Shown here: positions 1 through 14,029 of the stretch, one piece after another
How positions within the stretch are numbered: the stretch's first letter is position 1
Layout of the letters: the number at the start of each line of letters is the position of its first letter
From: Octopus vulgaris
Taxonomy: Eukaryota
Assembly (NCBI GenBank): GCA_951406725.2
Contig: OX597818.1
Span: forward strand, 26,908,001 to 26,972,000
DNA length: 64,000 bases
Direction of reading: 5' to 3'
The notes under the pieces: generated by a model
What the model was told of the DNA's origin: nothing
What the model saw: only the letters and a program-made list of their open reading frames with translations
The model's database searches: none
Position numbers and translations under genes: made by a program

Positions 1-890
1 CAGTTTATCCACAATCATCATAAGTCTGCCCTCCACTCTAAGAGAAAAACTCCCTGTTAGCAGTAGAATAGCTTTATAAGCTTTTTCTAACCTGTATTAA
101 CTGTCATTATGCTTTCAGAATATACCTTTCCCTCCACTGCTAATTAGGTCCCCAAAGTAACAGAAGCCAGCAATTACTTCCAGAGAGCTGTTCAAGTATT
201 TGAGAAGATCTATTTCATGTGTTTTTATTTTATATGTGCTTTGTGCATCACTTACATACAAAATCTATTTCTCTGTCCCTGTGATCTCACTACCACTCTT
301 TCACCTCCATAGTTTACACGGGGCACAGTGGAATTTCTACCTTCACATTTTGATGACAGCACTTTGAGAACTTTTAAGCCTAGGTTTTGCTTGCACATCT
401 GGAATTTCCTGTCTTAATTCTATAACAGATTCACAATAAAAACTAGGTCATCAGCACATAGCAGTTACATGGATAGCTTGTCTCAACTTCTTTCTAATAG
501 CCTAGAAGATTATACTGAACATTATATTTAATATGCAAGTGAGGGGACCCTTACACATTAAATTTCTTGCTCTCACCTTGCTGACTGACCCTTTATACAT
601 TGCTTGCACAACCCACAAAAAACATTCAAGTTTCCTAAATAACCACTTTTCAGAGAATGGTACACTGTCAAAGCCCTTCTCAAAGACAAGATATACTATG
701 TACAGCAGTATACTCCTAGCTAAGGACTACTTCTGCAGTCGTCTCACTTAAAAGAAAGCATCAGTAGTACCCTGCCTGGCACAAACCTGAACAACATCTC
801 ATTTAGACTAATTCTGTTTCTAAATCTAATCTTTCAGTAACTTTCATAACCTATTCCATCAACTTGATGTCACGCAGTTTCCTCTAAGTG
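1..890 (-). mobile_element. Degenerate RTE LINE reverse transcriptase fragment
   Basis: Minus strand shows FVPGR, EKGFDSV and LCADDLV remnants with stops and frameshifts. Confidence 0.75.
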
Positions 891-1305
891 TCATTTTACT
901 AGATATTTTTATATAACCACATGAAGTAAAAAATTATATCATTTCTCAACAAGTATTTAAAATAGTCACTGGAACCAAAACCATTAAATCACCAGCTGAT
1001 CATATTCAATTAAAACTGATATTCTTAATAATTAAAAAAAAAACTGTACTCCAAAGTTTAAACCATTTGTTATATTCCTTTTGAAATATTCCCATCTTTG
1101 TTTCAATTAATTTTGAAAATAATGAAGAATTTTAGTAAAATAATTTAATCATTATTAAACTGTTGTGGGACATAAATTGGCATGAAATTTTGAGGGGAGG
1201 TTTTAATTCAGAACTCTTTAAAACAGGAAGTTTTTATCATAGAACCAGGGATAGTCTCAGGTAAGTTGGTATCAGAAGGATTAATGAGAAACAAAAAGTT
1301 CATAC

Positions 1306-1447
1306 CTTCTGGTCTGAAGATGTGTGTCACAGGAGTCATCAAAGGAACAGATTCAGCTCCATCTTGATTAACCATTTCATTCTCTTGATCAACTTCTTGC
1401 TCCTTTGAAGCAGCAGCAGCTGTAGGTTTTCTACGTTTTGATACCAT
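1306..1447 (-). CDS. Probable first coding exon of an unidentified gene continuing left of the window (MVSKRRKPTAAAASKEQEVDQENE...HIFRPE)
   Basis: Minus-strand acceptor ttttcttttatttgtgattcag|A ATG and donor GAAG|GTATGA at 1305; protein-like composition. Family not recognised. Confidence 0.55.
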
Positions 1448-3287
1448 TCTGAATCACAAATAAAAGAAAAGAAAATCTTAAAACAATCAAACAGAACAAA
1501 AGTATTATTGTTCAAAACAATGTCATCTCTTCAAAACTCATCTGTTTCAATCCAATGACAGAGTCTATGTGTCTGTTCAACTTCCATCTAAAAATATACA
1601 AATTGTGCTCAAATCTCTCTCACATCCCACCCTGCATTGTATAAAAGCTACATCAGACAATGTGACAAAAAAAAAATGGAATGGTGACTGGCAAAACATC
1701 TTTGATCACCTTAAATTCATTGATTGACATCAGCAAACTTCTGACAAATCAGAAGTTATTGATTGAAAAACCAATCGAGTTTTGATTAAGTTAGCTCTTA
1801 AAAAAATAGCAAACAACAAGCAGAGCTTGGACAGAGACAAAAGAGGCACAATCAGGTATGAAGTTAAGTTCAATATCAATTGTTGTTTGACAATTAGACT
1901 GGTCAGCATAACATTCTGCAATACCCAAAGACCAAACAGCTATTAACCTAAAATTTAACAATGGCAGAGGACACTGATATTCACTCACTCTATTCATTTC
2001 TATATACAATCACATAACCAATCCAATTAAATTACTGAAACAAGTACAACATTCTCTTAGAGAATCAGGACACAGCGTTAATTTCATTTTCTCAACAATT
2101 TTGTCAGTTTCTTTTCTTGGAGCAGTCATGTCCATTTTCAACAATTAATAATAAAGCAGTTGACATTGGCAAACTTAATAGATAGACTGCAGTTATTTTT
2201 CTTTGGATCCTTTCATACTGTCAAATTAATATTATTGTTAAAGTGGTTTCTGTGTTAATGTTTTCTTTTTCTTCAGCACCATACAAAAGAGCCTCAAAAT
2301 AAAGGATCATTTTTTAAAATAAGCTCCTTGTGACTTACAAGACAGAAAGTTGTGAGAGTAAAACTGAGAGTTGAAACAAAGTGGGTATTAAGATTTATTT
2401 AACTGTATCGGTTTCAATTTCTTTTGTAACATTTTCATTTTGGTAGCATTATTAGTGCCCTCAAGACAAGATTACTGCAACTGATTACACCCCGCCTTTA
2501 AACGTGGCTCATCAAGTGTTAATAAGGCATTACGACTGTGTCCATCCTGTCTTTTCAAGGATATCTTAGACTACTTCATCCAAATGTCACCAAAAGTTTT
2601 GTTTTTTTAAAACAATTAAAAAGTGATCTGGCTATATCTAGTAAATTGAGTGACTACGTAGACACCTTCATTGATATGTTAAATTAAGGTACCTATATAA
2701 TCAAATGCATATGAGACATGTCCTGATATGGAATGAATGCGTTTAGTTTACCAAAACTGATTTTTTAGTATATACTAATATAATAATAAAGCTTAACTGT
2801 TGTACATACAATCTTCATAAATAACACCGGACAACAAAGCTGTGTTGTCACATAATGTTAATGAAAACCTTCCATTCCTGTGGGTCATGTTGTCGGTATG
2901 GAAGAAACTTATTCTGAAAGGATTTAATTACTGAGTTTCCCTCTCACATGCTTCACTTGAATATTTGTGGTGATTTAAAGGTGATTTCCGTCCTCCTAGG
3001 ACTGCACCTGAGATATACAAAAAATGTGCTTCTTATGTGTTTTTGTTACGCTGAAAACCGATGGTGTATGTATTCTTTACCTCCGCCGAACATAAATTTA
3101 CTATTAAGTATTTGCTTTGAACCCGATTCTAATATAGTATTCTAATATAGTTATAATTATGCGTAAACTCAAAATCCTGATGTGCTGCAGCAATTCTGAG
3201 ATCGGATTCGGAATCAGCGTACTCGATTTAGTTTGGTACAGCATCATTTGACTGGGTAGCAAATTTTGTTTTGTTGCCCTGTTTGAA

Positions 3288-3455
3288 ATTTTGGCACAAG
3301 CCAGCAATTTCAGGGGAGGGGATAAATCGAGTACATTGACCCTGTGTTCAACTGGTATTTATTTTATCGACTTCGAAAGGATGAAAGGCAAAGTTGACCT
3401 CGACGGAATTTGAAAAAATATATATAAAGACGGACGAAATGCCGCTAAGCATACA
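3288..3455 (-). mobile_element. Second tRNA-derived SINE family (Meta-domain-like core)
   Basis: Minus TTCAAATTCC (B box) then GGTCAACTTTGCCTTTCATCCTTTCGAAGTCGATAAAATAAATACCAG; relics at ~4710-4790 and ~5200-5290. Domain assignment is from memory. Confidence 0.55.
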
Positions 3456-3847
3456 TAATGCAAACTGCAGAATTAACATTTCGTAACTAAGTACACGATA
3501 GGAATCAAACCGTTTATTTATTTAATATATATATTTAAAGAAATTGAAGATATATTTAAAGAAATTGAAGACAATCGATTGTTCATAACTAAAAGTGGAT
3601 ATAATATTAGAAGCAAAGAAACTGACAGAAACAAATAATATTTTTAATTTTTTATAACTGAGTAATACTCGCCTTTAAAAAAAATGACAATCATTAGATA
3701 CAAACATAAGTTTTTACACTTTAAACATCCAACATCCATTTATTTCATAACTAACTTTTTTAAAAGGCACGATATATAAAGAAACAAAGATTTGTCCTAA
3801 ATCAATGCAAATTTTGTAAATAAAAGAGAAGTAAATCGAAAATATAC

Positions 3848-3975
3848 CTCGGTAATTTCTGAAAGTGCCAACAACTTGATTATCCCGCCATTTAAACTGA
3901 ACTACAGACACAATGATTGGATAATATTTTGTGAAGTACAGAAATACGCATGCTCAGATCGTTCTGAGCATTTCG
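3848..3975 (-). promoter_or_regulatory. Putative promoter and non-coding first exon of the minus-strand gene
   Basis: CpG-retaining island ~2.8-4.5 kb; YY1-like AAATGGCG (plus CGCCATTT ~3886-3893); donor CGAG|GTATAT at 3847; short inverted repeat TGCTCAGA-tcgt-TCTGAGCA ~3951-3970. Confidence 0.4.
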
Positions 3976-4045
3976 TATACTTCCGATAGAAAATGTTAGA
4001 CTATCTTTGGTGATGCAAAGAGGAAGATAGAACTCAAAATATTGA

Positions 4046-4085
<40 letters not shown>

Positions 4086-5884
4086 CATATATATCAATAT
4101 AAAAAATATTGCAGAAATTACAAAGTGACTTAAGGGTCAATAGTTTCTTTCATTGGTACTTATCAAACGTTAGAATAGCGATATTTAGTTACTTCCCTTC
4201 ACGGTCTACGTTGAAATCCATTCGATATTTTGCGTTTTATCTTTTAGTAGTCGACAATCGACTGTACCTCTGCATCAGATCATTATTCTACTCTTCGTTT
4301 AAAATGTTTCTTAATGTTATTAATTTATTGAATCCATACATTGTGGAACCAAAATTAAAAGCAGTTACAATACAGTAAATGCGCAAACATGTGCGCGACT
4401 TTTTCATATCCAAATTTCGATTCGAAAACTTTGGGGAAATTTTGAAATATTAAAAATGTTGAAAGATTATAAAATTTAAAACAGTCATAATCTCACACGT
4501 TTAAAACATGAATCTGAAAGAAAAAATATTTCAAAACATATTAAAACTGAAAAATTATAGAAAGGAAGGAGGAGCAAATAGGTTTTTAGTTGTTTTATAA
4601 AAAAATATATATTTTAAACCAATCTGTGATGCTTAAAACATACTCATCTGAGAGATTAAGGTTTTGTTCTAGCTAGTTTCCGACTCTATTGCATAGAAAT
4701 GTCCTACAGTAGTACTTCATTTTATCGACCCATTCCCATCTAGATAAAAGATAGCATTGACTTCAGCAGGATTTGAACTCAGAACATAAAGGGTATTATT
4801 TTAACACGGTGTATTACATGAAGTATCCCCCATTCCCATGTGTTAAGGTAGTAGCAATTGCAGTTGTATCTTCCATCAAACTTAAGTTAGAAGACCCATT
4901 ACAGTAGTCGTTCTTAAAGTTAGTGTTATTTCATAATGGGAATGGAGGCATTGGAATTACTGGGATGAGCTATGAGTGAAGATTTGTTGCCATCACTTGG
5001 AAATTTCAATTGTTATTATCTATTATACTGTTGCTAACAAAACTTTTAGGATTATTTTATTAGGCATAGGACACTAGAAATGAATATTGTATTTAGAGCC
5101 AAGTAGGTGATGGCTCCAAAATTCTGAGAATTATTCTAAGATCAAAATCATTCTGAATATCTGGTTCAAGTTTTGCTTTTCAGCATGTAGTTTTGTCAGT
5201 ATTTTAAATTCAAATCCTGTTTGAGTCAACTGAGACTTTCTTCCATCCTGAGTCTATCAAATGTAATAGCAGTTATACTAGTTCAATTTATTCATTTGGC
5301 CAATGTTGGAAATCAGTAGTGTTTAGCATAACAACATTTTCTCTTCAAATAAAACTGTCTTACTATTGACTTCATGTATGTGATGACCATTTAAGAGTAC
5401 ATTTAATAAATAAATACTGAATAAAGCGCAGTTCTTATGACTTTAATATCAATTTTCATAATGAATTTTTCTTTAGTGTAGATTGGAACGTGAACTTTGA
5501 CCAAATTTTCAGACCATTAGCAGTATAAAAGAAATAGCTTATTGGAAAGTTTTATAAACAAAACTGTCTTAAAGATTAGACCTTTTAAACACTTATTTCT
5601 TAATACCAAACTGTTGTACACTGCCTCAACTGCAGCTATCACCAGAATTTAGTGTTATATAGGACCATAGACAATGGAAAAAACAACATAACTGGACTGT
5701 CACATCACAAACTACTAGATGTTAAAACAAATGAGAGAATTTCTTCATGGTCACTTGAACTTCTAGATACAACACCCAAATTTACCTCAAATCACCCAAT
5801 TGTCTTAAGGAAAGGAAAAACACATTAGACAATGTAATTCTAAAGATACAAAAAAAAATAGGGTTTTTCAAGGCTTGATCAACT

Positions 5885-6520
5885 ATAATGAACAGGGTTG
5901 CTTAAGAAGACACATCAAGCTAAGTAAAATCCATGTCCATGCCCACCTCTCACCCACAACCCACCCATGCTCACCACCACTATTTCCTTTGCTCCTCTTC
6001 ATACCTGCACACAATATGTCCCTGTTAAATCCCTTCCCCACGACATATTCTCCTAATACACTCTCTATCAACCAGTGCCCCACCTCTAACTCCCATCCTC
6101 CTTATAAAATCTTGTGAACTCACCCACCCACTCATCCTCTCCAATCTCTGGTCCACTTCACTATATACACCTCCTTGTACCTTGGGGGTTACATATTCAC
6201 CATTTTTCTTTCTGCTCTCACTTTCCATCCGATGTAGCCATGTTTATCTTCTCATGCAAGACACCTTTTCTGTCCCTCAATACTACTCCCCATAACTGAG
6301 GGGGTTTTGTCTTGCTAGTTACTTGGTGACTTCACTGCTGCTGGTGTCACGTAAAAAGCACTTAGTACACCCTATTAAGTAGCTGATGTTAGAAAGGGCA
6401 TCCTGCCATAGAAACTATGTCAAGATAGACAGCAGTGCTTGGTGCAGTCTTCTGACTTGCCAGTTCCTGTCAAACCATCTAATCCATGCCAGCATGGAAG
6501 GAGGACCTTAAGTGATGATG
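5885..6520 (+). mobile_element. Old RTE LINE 3' end (ORF end, CT-rich UTR, conserved tail)
   Basis: Tail GTCACGTAAAAAGCAC...AAGGGCATCC...CCATGCCAGCATGG...GATGATG. Confidence 0.65.
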
Positions 6521-6869
6521 CTGTCCCTGATACTAAAAAGATTCTCATCTGTGCAGAAATTTCCACATAGTTATGCTGATACACTAGTAATTTAACCAAC
6601 TATATACCCTCGTACAAATCTGTGGAATAAATTTCAATGCAAGAAATCTATATTTTAAAGAAGAAATAATAGAATGTCAAAAGGACTTTTGAAATCTTTT
6701 ATTATAAAGAAAATCCAGGAAAATATCCTGGCTGCACAATCTTTTCCTTCCCCCTATCTCTGAAGTAAAATGGGTTTTCTATTGAATGCTTTGGAGACTT
6801 AAGATTTGCATTTAACTCACTCCTGACAATATTTCTTAATTTACTGCCAGCAGCAATAGCAGAGAGGCA

Positions 6870-8390
6870 AGAAATGAGTGGGTGGAAGGAGTGTGACAAA
6901 AGAGTAAGTATAAAGAGTGCTCAATAGCCTAAGGAATTTATATTTTCTCAGATTACTGAGAAGAGGAAGGCGAGAGAGAGCAATGATATTAAAAGGACTA
7001 GAATAAGTGGTATGAAGAACAAAGTGGGGTTATTTGGAGTGGAGTTAAGAGTGTAGTGATTAACAGTAACAGAGGTGGACAAAGGTAAAGGTGAGTAATG
7101 AGATAAAGACAAGACTAGGTGATGAGTGTCAACAGAAGTGGCCCAGAGGAGAGAGAGTGGTGATGGGCAGTAGATAATAGCAAAGTTAGAGTGTATTGGA
7201 TAGGGAGATGAAGGTGGTCTGATGCAGTCTCTTACTGACAATCCTCATGAAGGGCAAGAGAGTCAGAGTGATGAAGATAATGTGGTCAGTACATATGGTA
7301 GGGTGATTAGAGTTATGAGTGAAAGAAGCTTAAGCAATGGGTAGATGAGAAATAAGAGTCAAGTATGCATGATGAAAGGGAAGCAAATGTAGGTTTTGCA
7401 GGGTACAAAACACTACTCTTGTGTCAAGGTATATTTTACCATGGATGGTTGAGTCTACTTCAGTACAATGTATCACCAATCAGTACAATCCTTTCTTATC
7501 TCTTATGTGAAGTACAGTATCTTCACCACACCATTCCAAGTCTTTCTTGATCTTTCTTTTCCACAGGTTACTCTAACTTGGAGTACTCATCACTTCCTTA
7601 TGCAGAGTCATCCTCCATACACATCACACCAGGACAGTCTTCTTTCTTGCACTCTACACTTGATTTCTCTTATACCCAATTTTTTTCTCAGCCACACACA
7701 GTACTCTTGCATTCATGCACATGACATTACACATCCACTGGAGCATGCTTGCCTCATTTCTCTTTAGTCTTTACAAATTTTCTGCATTTAAGGTCCATGT
7801 CTCTCTAAGAGAGAAATCATTTGTAGCCAGCAGAGGTAATAGCTCCCTGATTGCTTTTCCAACCTGCTCTTATCCTAGCTACTATACTTTCTGAACAACC
7901 ACCTCCACTGCTAATAAGATCATATCAGTAGTAAAAGCTACTCCTGGTAAGCCAGCTAAGAAGTTAAGAGTTTACTTTAGTGTACGCCTAGTACATATTA
8001 CTCCAGTGCATTTACCACATGCATATCTTGCTTTCTCTGAATGCCTACCTCTGATTTCATCCACTATTCCATGTCCAAAGGTTACACTGGGTACAGCAAA
8101 CAATTCCTACTTACTCTTTATCTGCATATAGAGCAAGGCCATTTCCCTGATATTACTGGCATCCTTTCCTCTTCCCTACTTTCTAACACCTTACTCTTTG
8201 CTAAGTTGACCTCGAGATTTTTTATACTAGGTTTTGCCTCCATGCCAGAAGTTTCTTCTCTAATCATACTACAGATTCAGTTATAAAAATTAGATCATCA
8301 ACGTATAGGAGGTCACATGGACAGCTGCTCTTAAATTCCTATGTGATGTCCTGTAAGACAATGATGAATTGGAGGAAGCTTAGGACTTTC
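6870..8390 (-). mobile_element. Degenerate RTE LINE (RT + 3'UTR)
   Basis: Minus-strand LLYVDDL near 8290-8312, KWPCSIC remnant near 8125-8145, GRKTWNGVVK ORF end near 7520-7560; purine-skewed UTR. Confidence 0.65.
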
Positions 8391-9065
8391 CAATACTTTT
8401 GAGGAGTGAGTTTGTAATGGGAAACCTTGCCATGATTTTATCTACTAAACTTGTATTCTACTAATTAGAGACACAAAACTCATTTTTAAAAATTCTGTTT
8501 GACCTTTCTAACTGCTGTCTTATTAAATTATCTGCTTAACTCCACAATAAAAGTAGACAGAGAGATCATTCTGACTTTCTGACAGAGCCACAGAAATGGG
8601 AAAGATCACACTTTGGCTCATTGGCTCTTAGCTGAAGAAACAAAGGCCAGTTACCTCATATTAAGTGAAACACAACCAGCTATGACCAAAACTATGAAAA
8701 TAACTGGATACTACTAAGTGGAAAGTCATCCAACCTATCACAATAAACATTTTCACAACCATATATATTGCCTCACAAATACATATATTTGTACACTTCA
8801 ATTGAAAGAAATTCAATGATAAATTTTTGTAAATGTTCATGAATAAATACATGGCTGCTCTCAAGCACTTCTCATGAGGAATTCCAGAAGGAGCTTTGTG
8901 AGACCACTGTAGAGACGCTTCTGAAAAAAAATTTCAGTAACCGTTGGAAAATCAATTATAGCAGTGACTTGATCAATTCCCAGTAATATCTGATGAAGGA
9001 ATTTTTTATATTCCAAAACATTATATCAGACTATGTATAATTAAATTATAACAGTTATTATTATA

Positions 9066-9229
9066 GTCCACTCTGCTCAACTGGTTATGGTCAAGCAAAT
9101 CTGTGGTATTGAGCAGAGTATTTGCTGTAGCCCATCTTTTATACCAAGACAAAACAATATACATGATAACACTTCCAATCAGTTAAGATCAGAAGCCTTG
9201 AGAGCCACTACCTGGCACTGCATCAGGAC

Positions 9230-9281
<52 letters not shown>

Positions 9282-9860
9282 GAGTGAGAGAGCTGTGCAT
9301 GCCATCAAAGTGACACTGGGGTAAAATATACAAAGCCCAGTATACCCATCGTGACCACCCATCTGATAAGGGTACACCAGACACATGCATCACAATTATA
9401 TGTGCGTGACATGGTGATCTCATATCAAGATAAACAGCACATGACCTTGCAGGTGGGGCCCAGTTAAAATTTTCTTCTGGTCAAGTAACCCATCCCTCTC
9501 AAAAGGTCCCTGAACAAGGGCTGTTTAAGGATGTTGAACGAAACACCCATGTTTCCAGAGGTGAATTATTCAAACCCCAAAGAATCCCGTTCAACATATG
9601 GCTATGATGCTCTCCCACTATTTCTGCTCGTGATCAGAGATGCACATATCATCAGCCACCAAGGGACATGCTCAACTAGTTAAGGTCAAAAAACTGAATA
9701 GCAAATCTGTGGTATTGAGCAGAATATTTGCTGTAGCCCATCTTCTATACCAAGACAAAACAATGTACATGATAACACTTCTAATCAGTTAAGATCAGAA
9801 GCCACGAGAACCTCTGCCTGGTACTGCATCAGGACATTATCATTATTATTATTATTATTA
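9066..9860. repeat. Tandem partial + full copy of a ~555-bp interspersed element embedded in (TTA)n
   Basis: 9075-9231 duplicates 9669-9837; (TTA)n at 9232-9281 and 9838-9860. Confidence 0.75.
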
Positions 9861-11427
9861 AGCTATTACAAGCTTGGGCTGGTAAGCTGCAATATACTGC
9901 AATATTTTCACAGCTGTCCCCTTCTTTACAAAGATCAGACTCTCTTTTTTCTATAATCCAAGAAATTCTTAATCTCTTGAAATTGTCTTTCACTTTCACT
10001 GAAACTCTCTAACAATTGCCACTAGGTTTTTCAATTAAGAATTTTTTGCATGTGGCATTCAGTATATCAACCCTTTCACTTGATTATCCAAATTTGAATT
10101 ATTTTCCTTAATTCATTTTACAATCAATGAATGTTCAGTTTGTTCACAGGACTAACTTTAACCCTTTTACTGCATAAATTAGATATATCCATTCAAAATT
10201 ACTTTTGACTGTGGAAAGTAGTTTTATATACCAATCTATATTTTACTTAGGAATATTATGTTTGAAACTATTTTCTGTTGAGTTTATTGAGACAATGTGA
10301 CTTGCAGAAAATACCAATTCTATTTTTTGGTAGATATTTAACCCTTCAGCATTTAAAAATATATTCTACCTTTCTTATGTTCAAACTGGTCAGATCCAGC
10401 TTCTCACACCTATCTGAAATGTTATTCTTAAAATAAATAACCACATAATCAAAATCTCGAAACTATGAGATAATGCATGATAAACTCAAAAGAATGTGTA
10501 TAAATATATATTACATTTGAAAGAATAATCTTAATGCTAAATAATTAATATCATTACTAGAATAGCCATGGAATTTAATTTCACTGTGAAAGGGTTAAAT
10601 CTTCCTTTGTGTCTGAAACAGGAAACATGGAGCCAATTATATTTTACCTACTCAAAGAAATCTTAAAACTGACAAAAATTACCAGAAATTTAATCTTCCT
10701 CTAAAACTTCTAACTGTTTCTATTGTTGTTAAAAAGAAGGAAAAAGCATTCTCAAAAAAAAAAGTTATCTTTAAGATATTTTATTTTAGCAGTCAAATTC
10801 TTGCACATAGCAACATGCATACCAAATAAACCATTCTATTTTGGGCTAATGAAACTGCTTAATTACTTCACAAGTTGTTTTATCTGAGATAGGGTGTGGC
10901 ATTTTCCAGTGAGATGATGTCAGTTGCTGTACATGAAGATTACAAATGACATAGCACCCACGACATTGCTTCACTATTCTACTTGTGTATAGTTATTTAT
11001 TCAACCAGTTACTCTAGTTAAACAACTATTTTCTTTTATTTACTTTATATCTGTACAGCACATTTGTTTCCTATAGACAAGTCATATAACTAAACTGGGA
11101 TTGACAGTATATGTATATGTAAGAAAGGGGGAGGGTGGGAAAGAGTAAGTAAAAAAGACAGAAAGCACATGTGCAAGAGGAGTGGGCCACTACACAGCTA
11201 ACAGGAAGAAAATGAGTGTATGACCTACAACACATGTAAATATATATAGAAAGAGAGGGGAGGTGACATTACTATTACTTATTAAAGTTCCTTATAATTT
11301 TTTATGTCCTTACATATACATATATACATCATCATCATCATCATTTAACGTCCGCTTTCCATGCTAGCATGGGTTGGACGATTTTGACTGAAGGCTGGCA
11401 AACCAGATGGCTGCACCAGGCTATGTC

Positions 11428-11452
11428 TGTATATATATATATATATATATAT

Positions 11453-11492
<40 letters not shown>

Positions 11493-11610
11493 TATATATA
11501 TATAATATATACATATATATATACAATATATATATATATATATATATACATTATATATATATATATATACACACATATATACGTAATACAAACACACATA
11601 TATTGCAAAC
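11428..11610. repeat. Compound (TA)n/(GA)n/(CA)n microsatellite
   Basis: Read directly; similar tracts at 4047-4080, 12190-12520, 19780-20101, 20610-20739, 27560-27615, 39145-39222 and 59559-59622. Confidence 0.95.
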
Positions 11611-12385
11611 ACATATTAAAATATAATACTGATGCATAGAGAGCTGGTGGTGGATCAAGCATTATTTTGGGATCATTTATATTCATTACCTATCTCCTCA
11701 TTGGTTGATTTTTGTCAACAGAAATTGTGTTATCAAAGTTTAAAAAAGCATATATAGTTATACATTGGCGTACCTACACAGTGATTTATTAGCAGCTTCT
11801 ACACAAAAACAATTCTGTTGTGTAAAAAAAAAGTCAGTTTGATAACAGGATTTATAGGCTGGATTTATGAATAGTCAACAAAATCAGATTTTAACATGTT
11901 TTTTTTTTCACCTTAATGAAACTAATCAAATTATGAAGGAATTTTGTTGGATTTGAAACCAAATTTTTCAGTATTTTATTGTGTATTTTTTCACCAGATC
12001 AGATTTGTTTGAAGGAAGAAACGATTACAAGGTAAATAATTATTTATGAAAATTACTTCTAAAGATTCTCATAATGAATCTAAAATTCAGACAAATATCC
12101 ATCGTCAAATTGGGGCATATATTAAATATAGATATTTGCAAATAATAACAATATCTATCACAACCTACACACACATACACAAATCCATAAATATGTGTGT
12201 ACACATGTATATATCTGTATATGTTTGTATGTATGTATTTATGTATATATGTATATATAAATATATATATATATGTATATATCTGGCTTCCCAGATCCCC
12301 GGTTGAACCATCCAACCCATGCTAGCATGGAGAACGGACGTTAAACGATGATGATGATGATGATGATGATGATGATATATATATG

Positions 12386-12427
<42 letters not shown>

Positions 12428-14029
12428 CGTGTGTGTATCTATATCTATATATGTGTGTGTGTGTGTATGAATATATATATATATATCATCATCATCATAT
12501 ATATATATATACATATATTTGTATATTTGTTTTTATGTCAAGTTATATGTATATAAACAATTTAACATTAAACTGAAAGATTACTCAATGCTTTTTGTAG
12601 AGTACGTGTTTATTAAACTTTTTCAAGGACAAGGCTGACTGACTTTTTGAAGTTTTGCTTTGCTTTCCTTCATCAGTCAATTTTAGTAACATGTATTCCA
12701 GGAAAACCTGGTGCATGGTCATGTCATCCATGACTAAACCAGCAACCCTACCAGGCCTGCTTGTATGTGTGTGTGCGTGTGTAAATGTTTGTATATGCAT
12801 GACTATAAACATGAAGCATGACATGGAATTTTCAGTGTGAATAATTGTGTATGTGTTTGAGTATATTTCCTTGTGTCTATCTATCTGTCTATCTCCTATC
12901 TTTCTATCTATCTAGCTATCTAGTTTTGTTTGTCTCTGTTTCTCTGTCTGTCTTTCTGTCTATCTATCTATCTTTCTCCCTACCAGTCTGTCTATGTTGT
13001 TCAAATACATGCCATTGGCTACTCTGAGTTATTTCTTTGGTCTCAGTTTTGCTTCAATTATGCAAATTACCTAAGCTGTAGATGTGTTCTACTCTTTTTG
13101 TCCTAGTCTAAGAAGTTCCTTGGCTACTGGACAGAAGGTGATCATGTTGATAATGCCTATTGAGACAGAAACATGTATTCTCTTATCTCCAAACAGTAAG
13201 CTTGTCTTTTTCCTGGATGGGATGTCAACTTTGGAGAATTCCTGATCGTTGAGACTCTCTCCCCTTCTTATATAGAGCTAGTTTCATTAGCCATTTGGTA
13301 ATTATGACACATCCACTAGAGGCAGGGACCATTTTAACAAATCAAGAATTTATGTTGTATGTTGTCTGTTTTTGAAATAAATGCCACTGGCCACTCTTAG
13401 CTGATTTTGTCAGCAAAACCAACATAACATCAACACCAAAACCATTATAGCCATTGCCATTAACATTAACAGCCAGCCAACCAACCAACAACAGCAACAA
13501 TAGTATGAACAAAAATAAAGCAATCATATGAAATGATGTAGTACCCTAGTGTATTTTAAAAGTTGAATGACATGTATTTGATCTTAGGTCAATAAGGATT
13601 GACTTGTGACAAAACTATACAGACAATACAATTAACAAGATCAAAATGACTGTTGCCATCACCAACAATACCTCTAATATCACTATCGCTATTACTATCA
13701 TCACCAAAACTCATACAACCAATACCATCACCACCAACCCGTTAAGTTTTAAATAACTAAGCAATAATAAGGATACTAGCAATGTCTATAGCTACATGTT
13801 ATTTGTCAATACAGTGGAGAGTGAGTGTGTATGTGTGCACGTGCACACGCACACACACGTGTGCATGCACGCGTGTGTGTGTAAGAGAGAAAGAGAGAGA
13901 GAGCAAGAAAATGTGATTGTTGAGTGTGGAGTTTTTATGGCTCTCATTAAAGATGTAAGGGACAAAGCAAACATGACTCTAGTAACTTTTCTGTCCTCAA
14001 CCCTTTCATCTTTTTATTTCCATTCTTAC

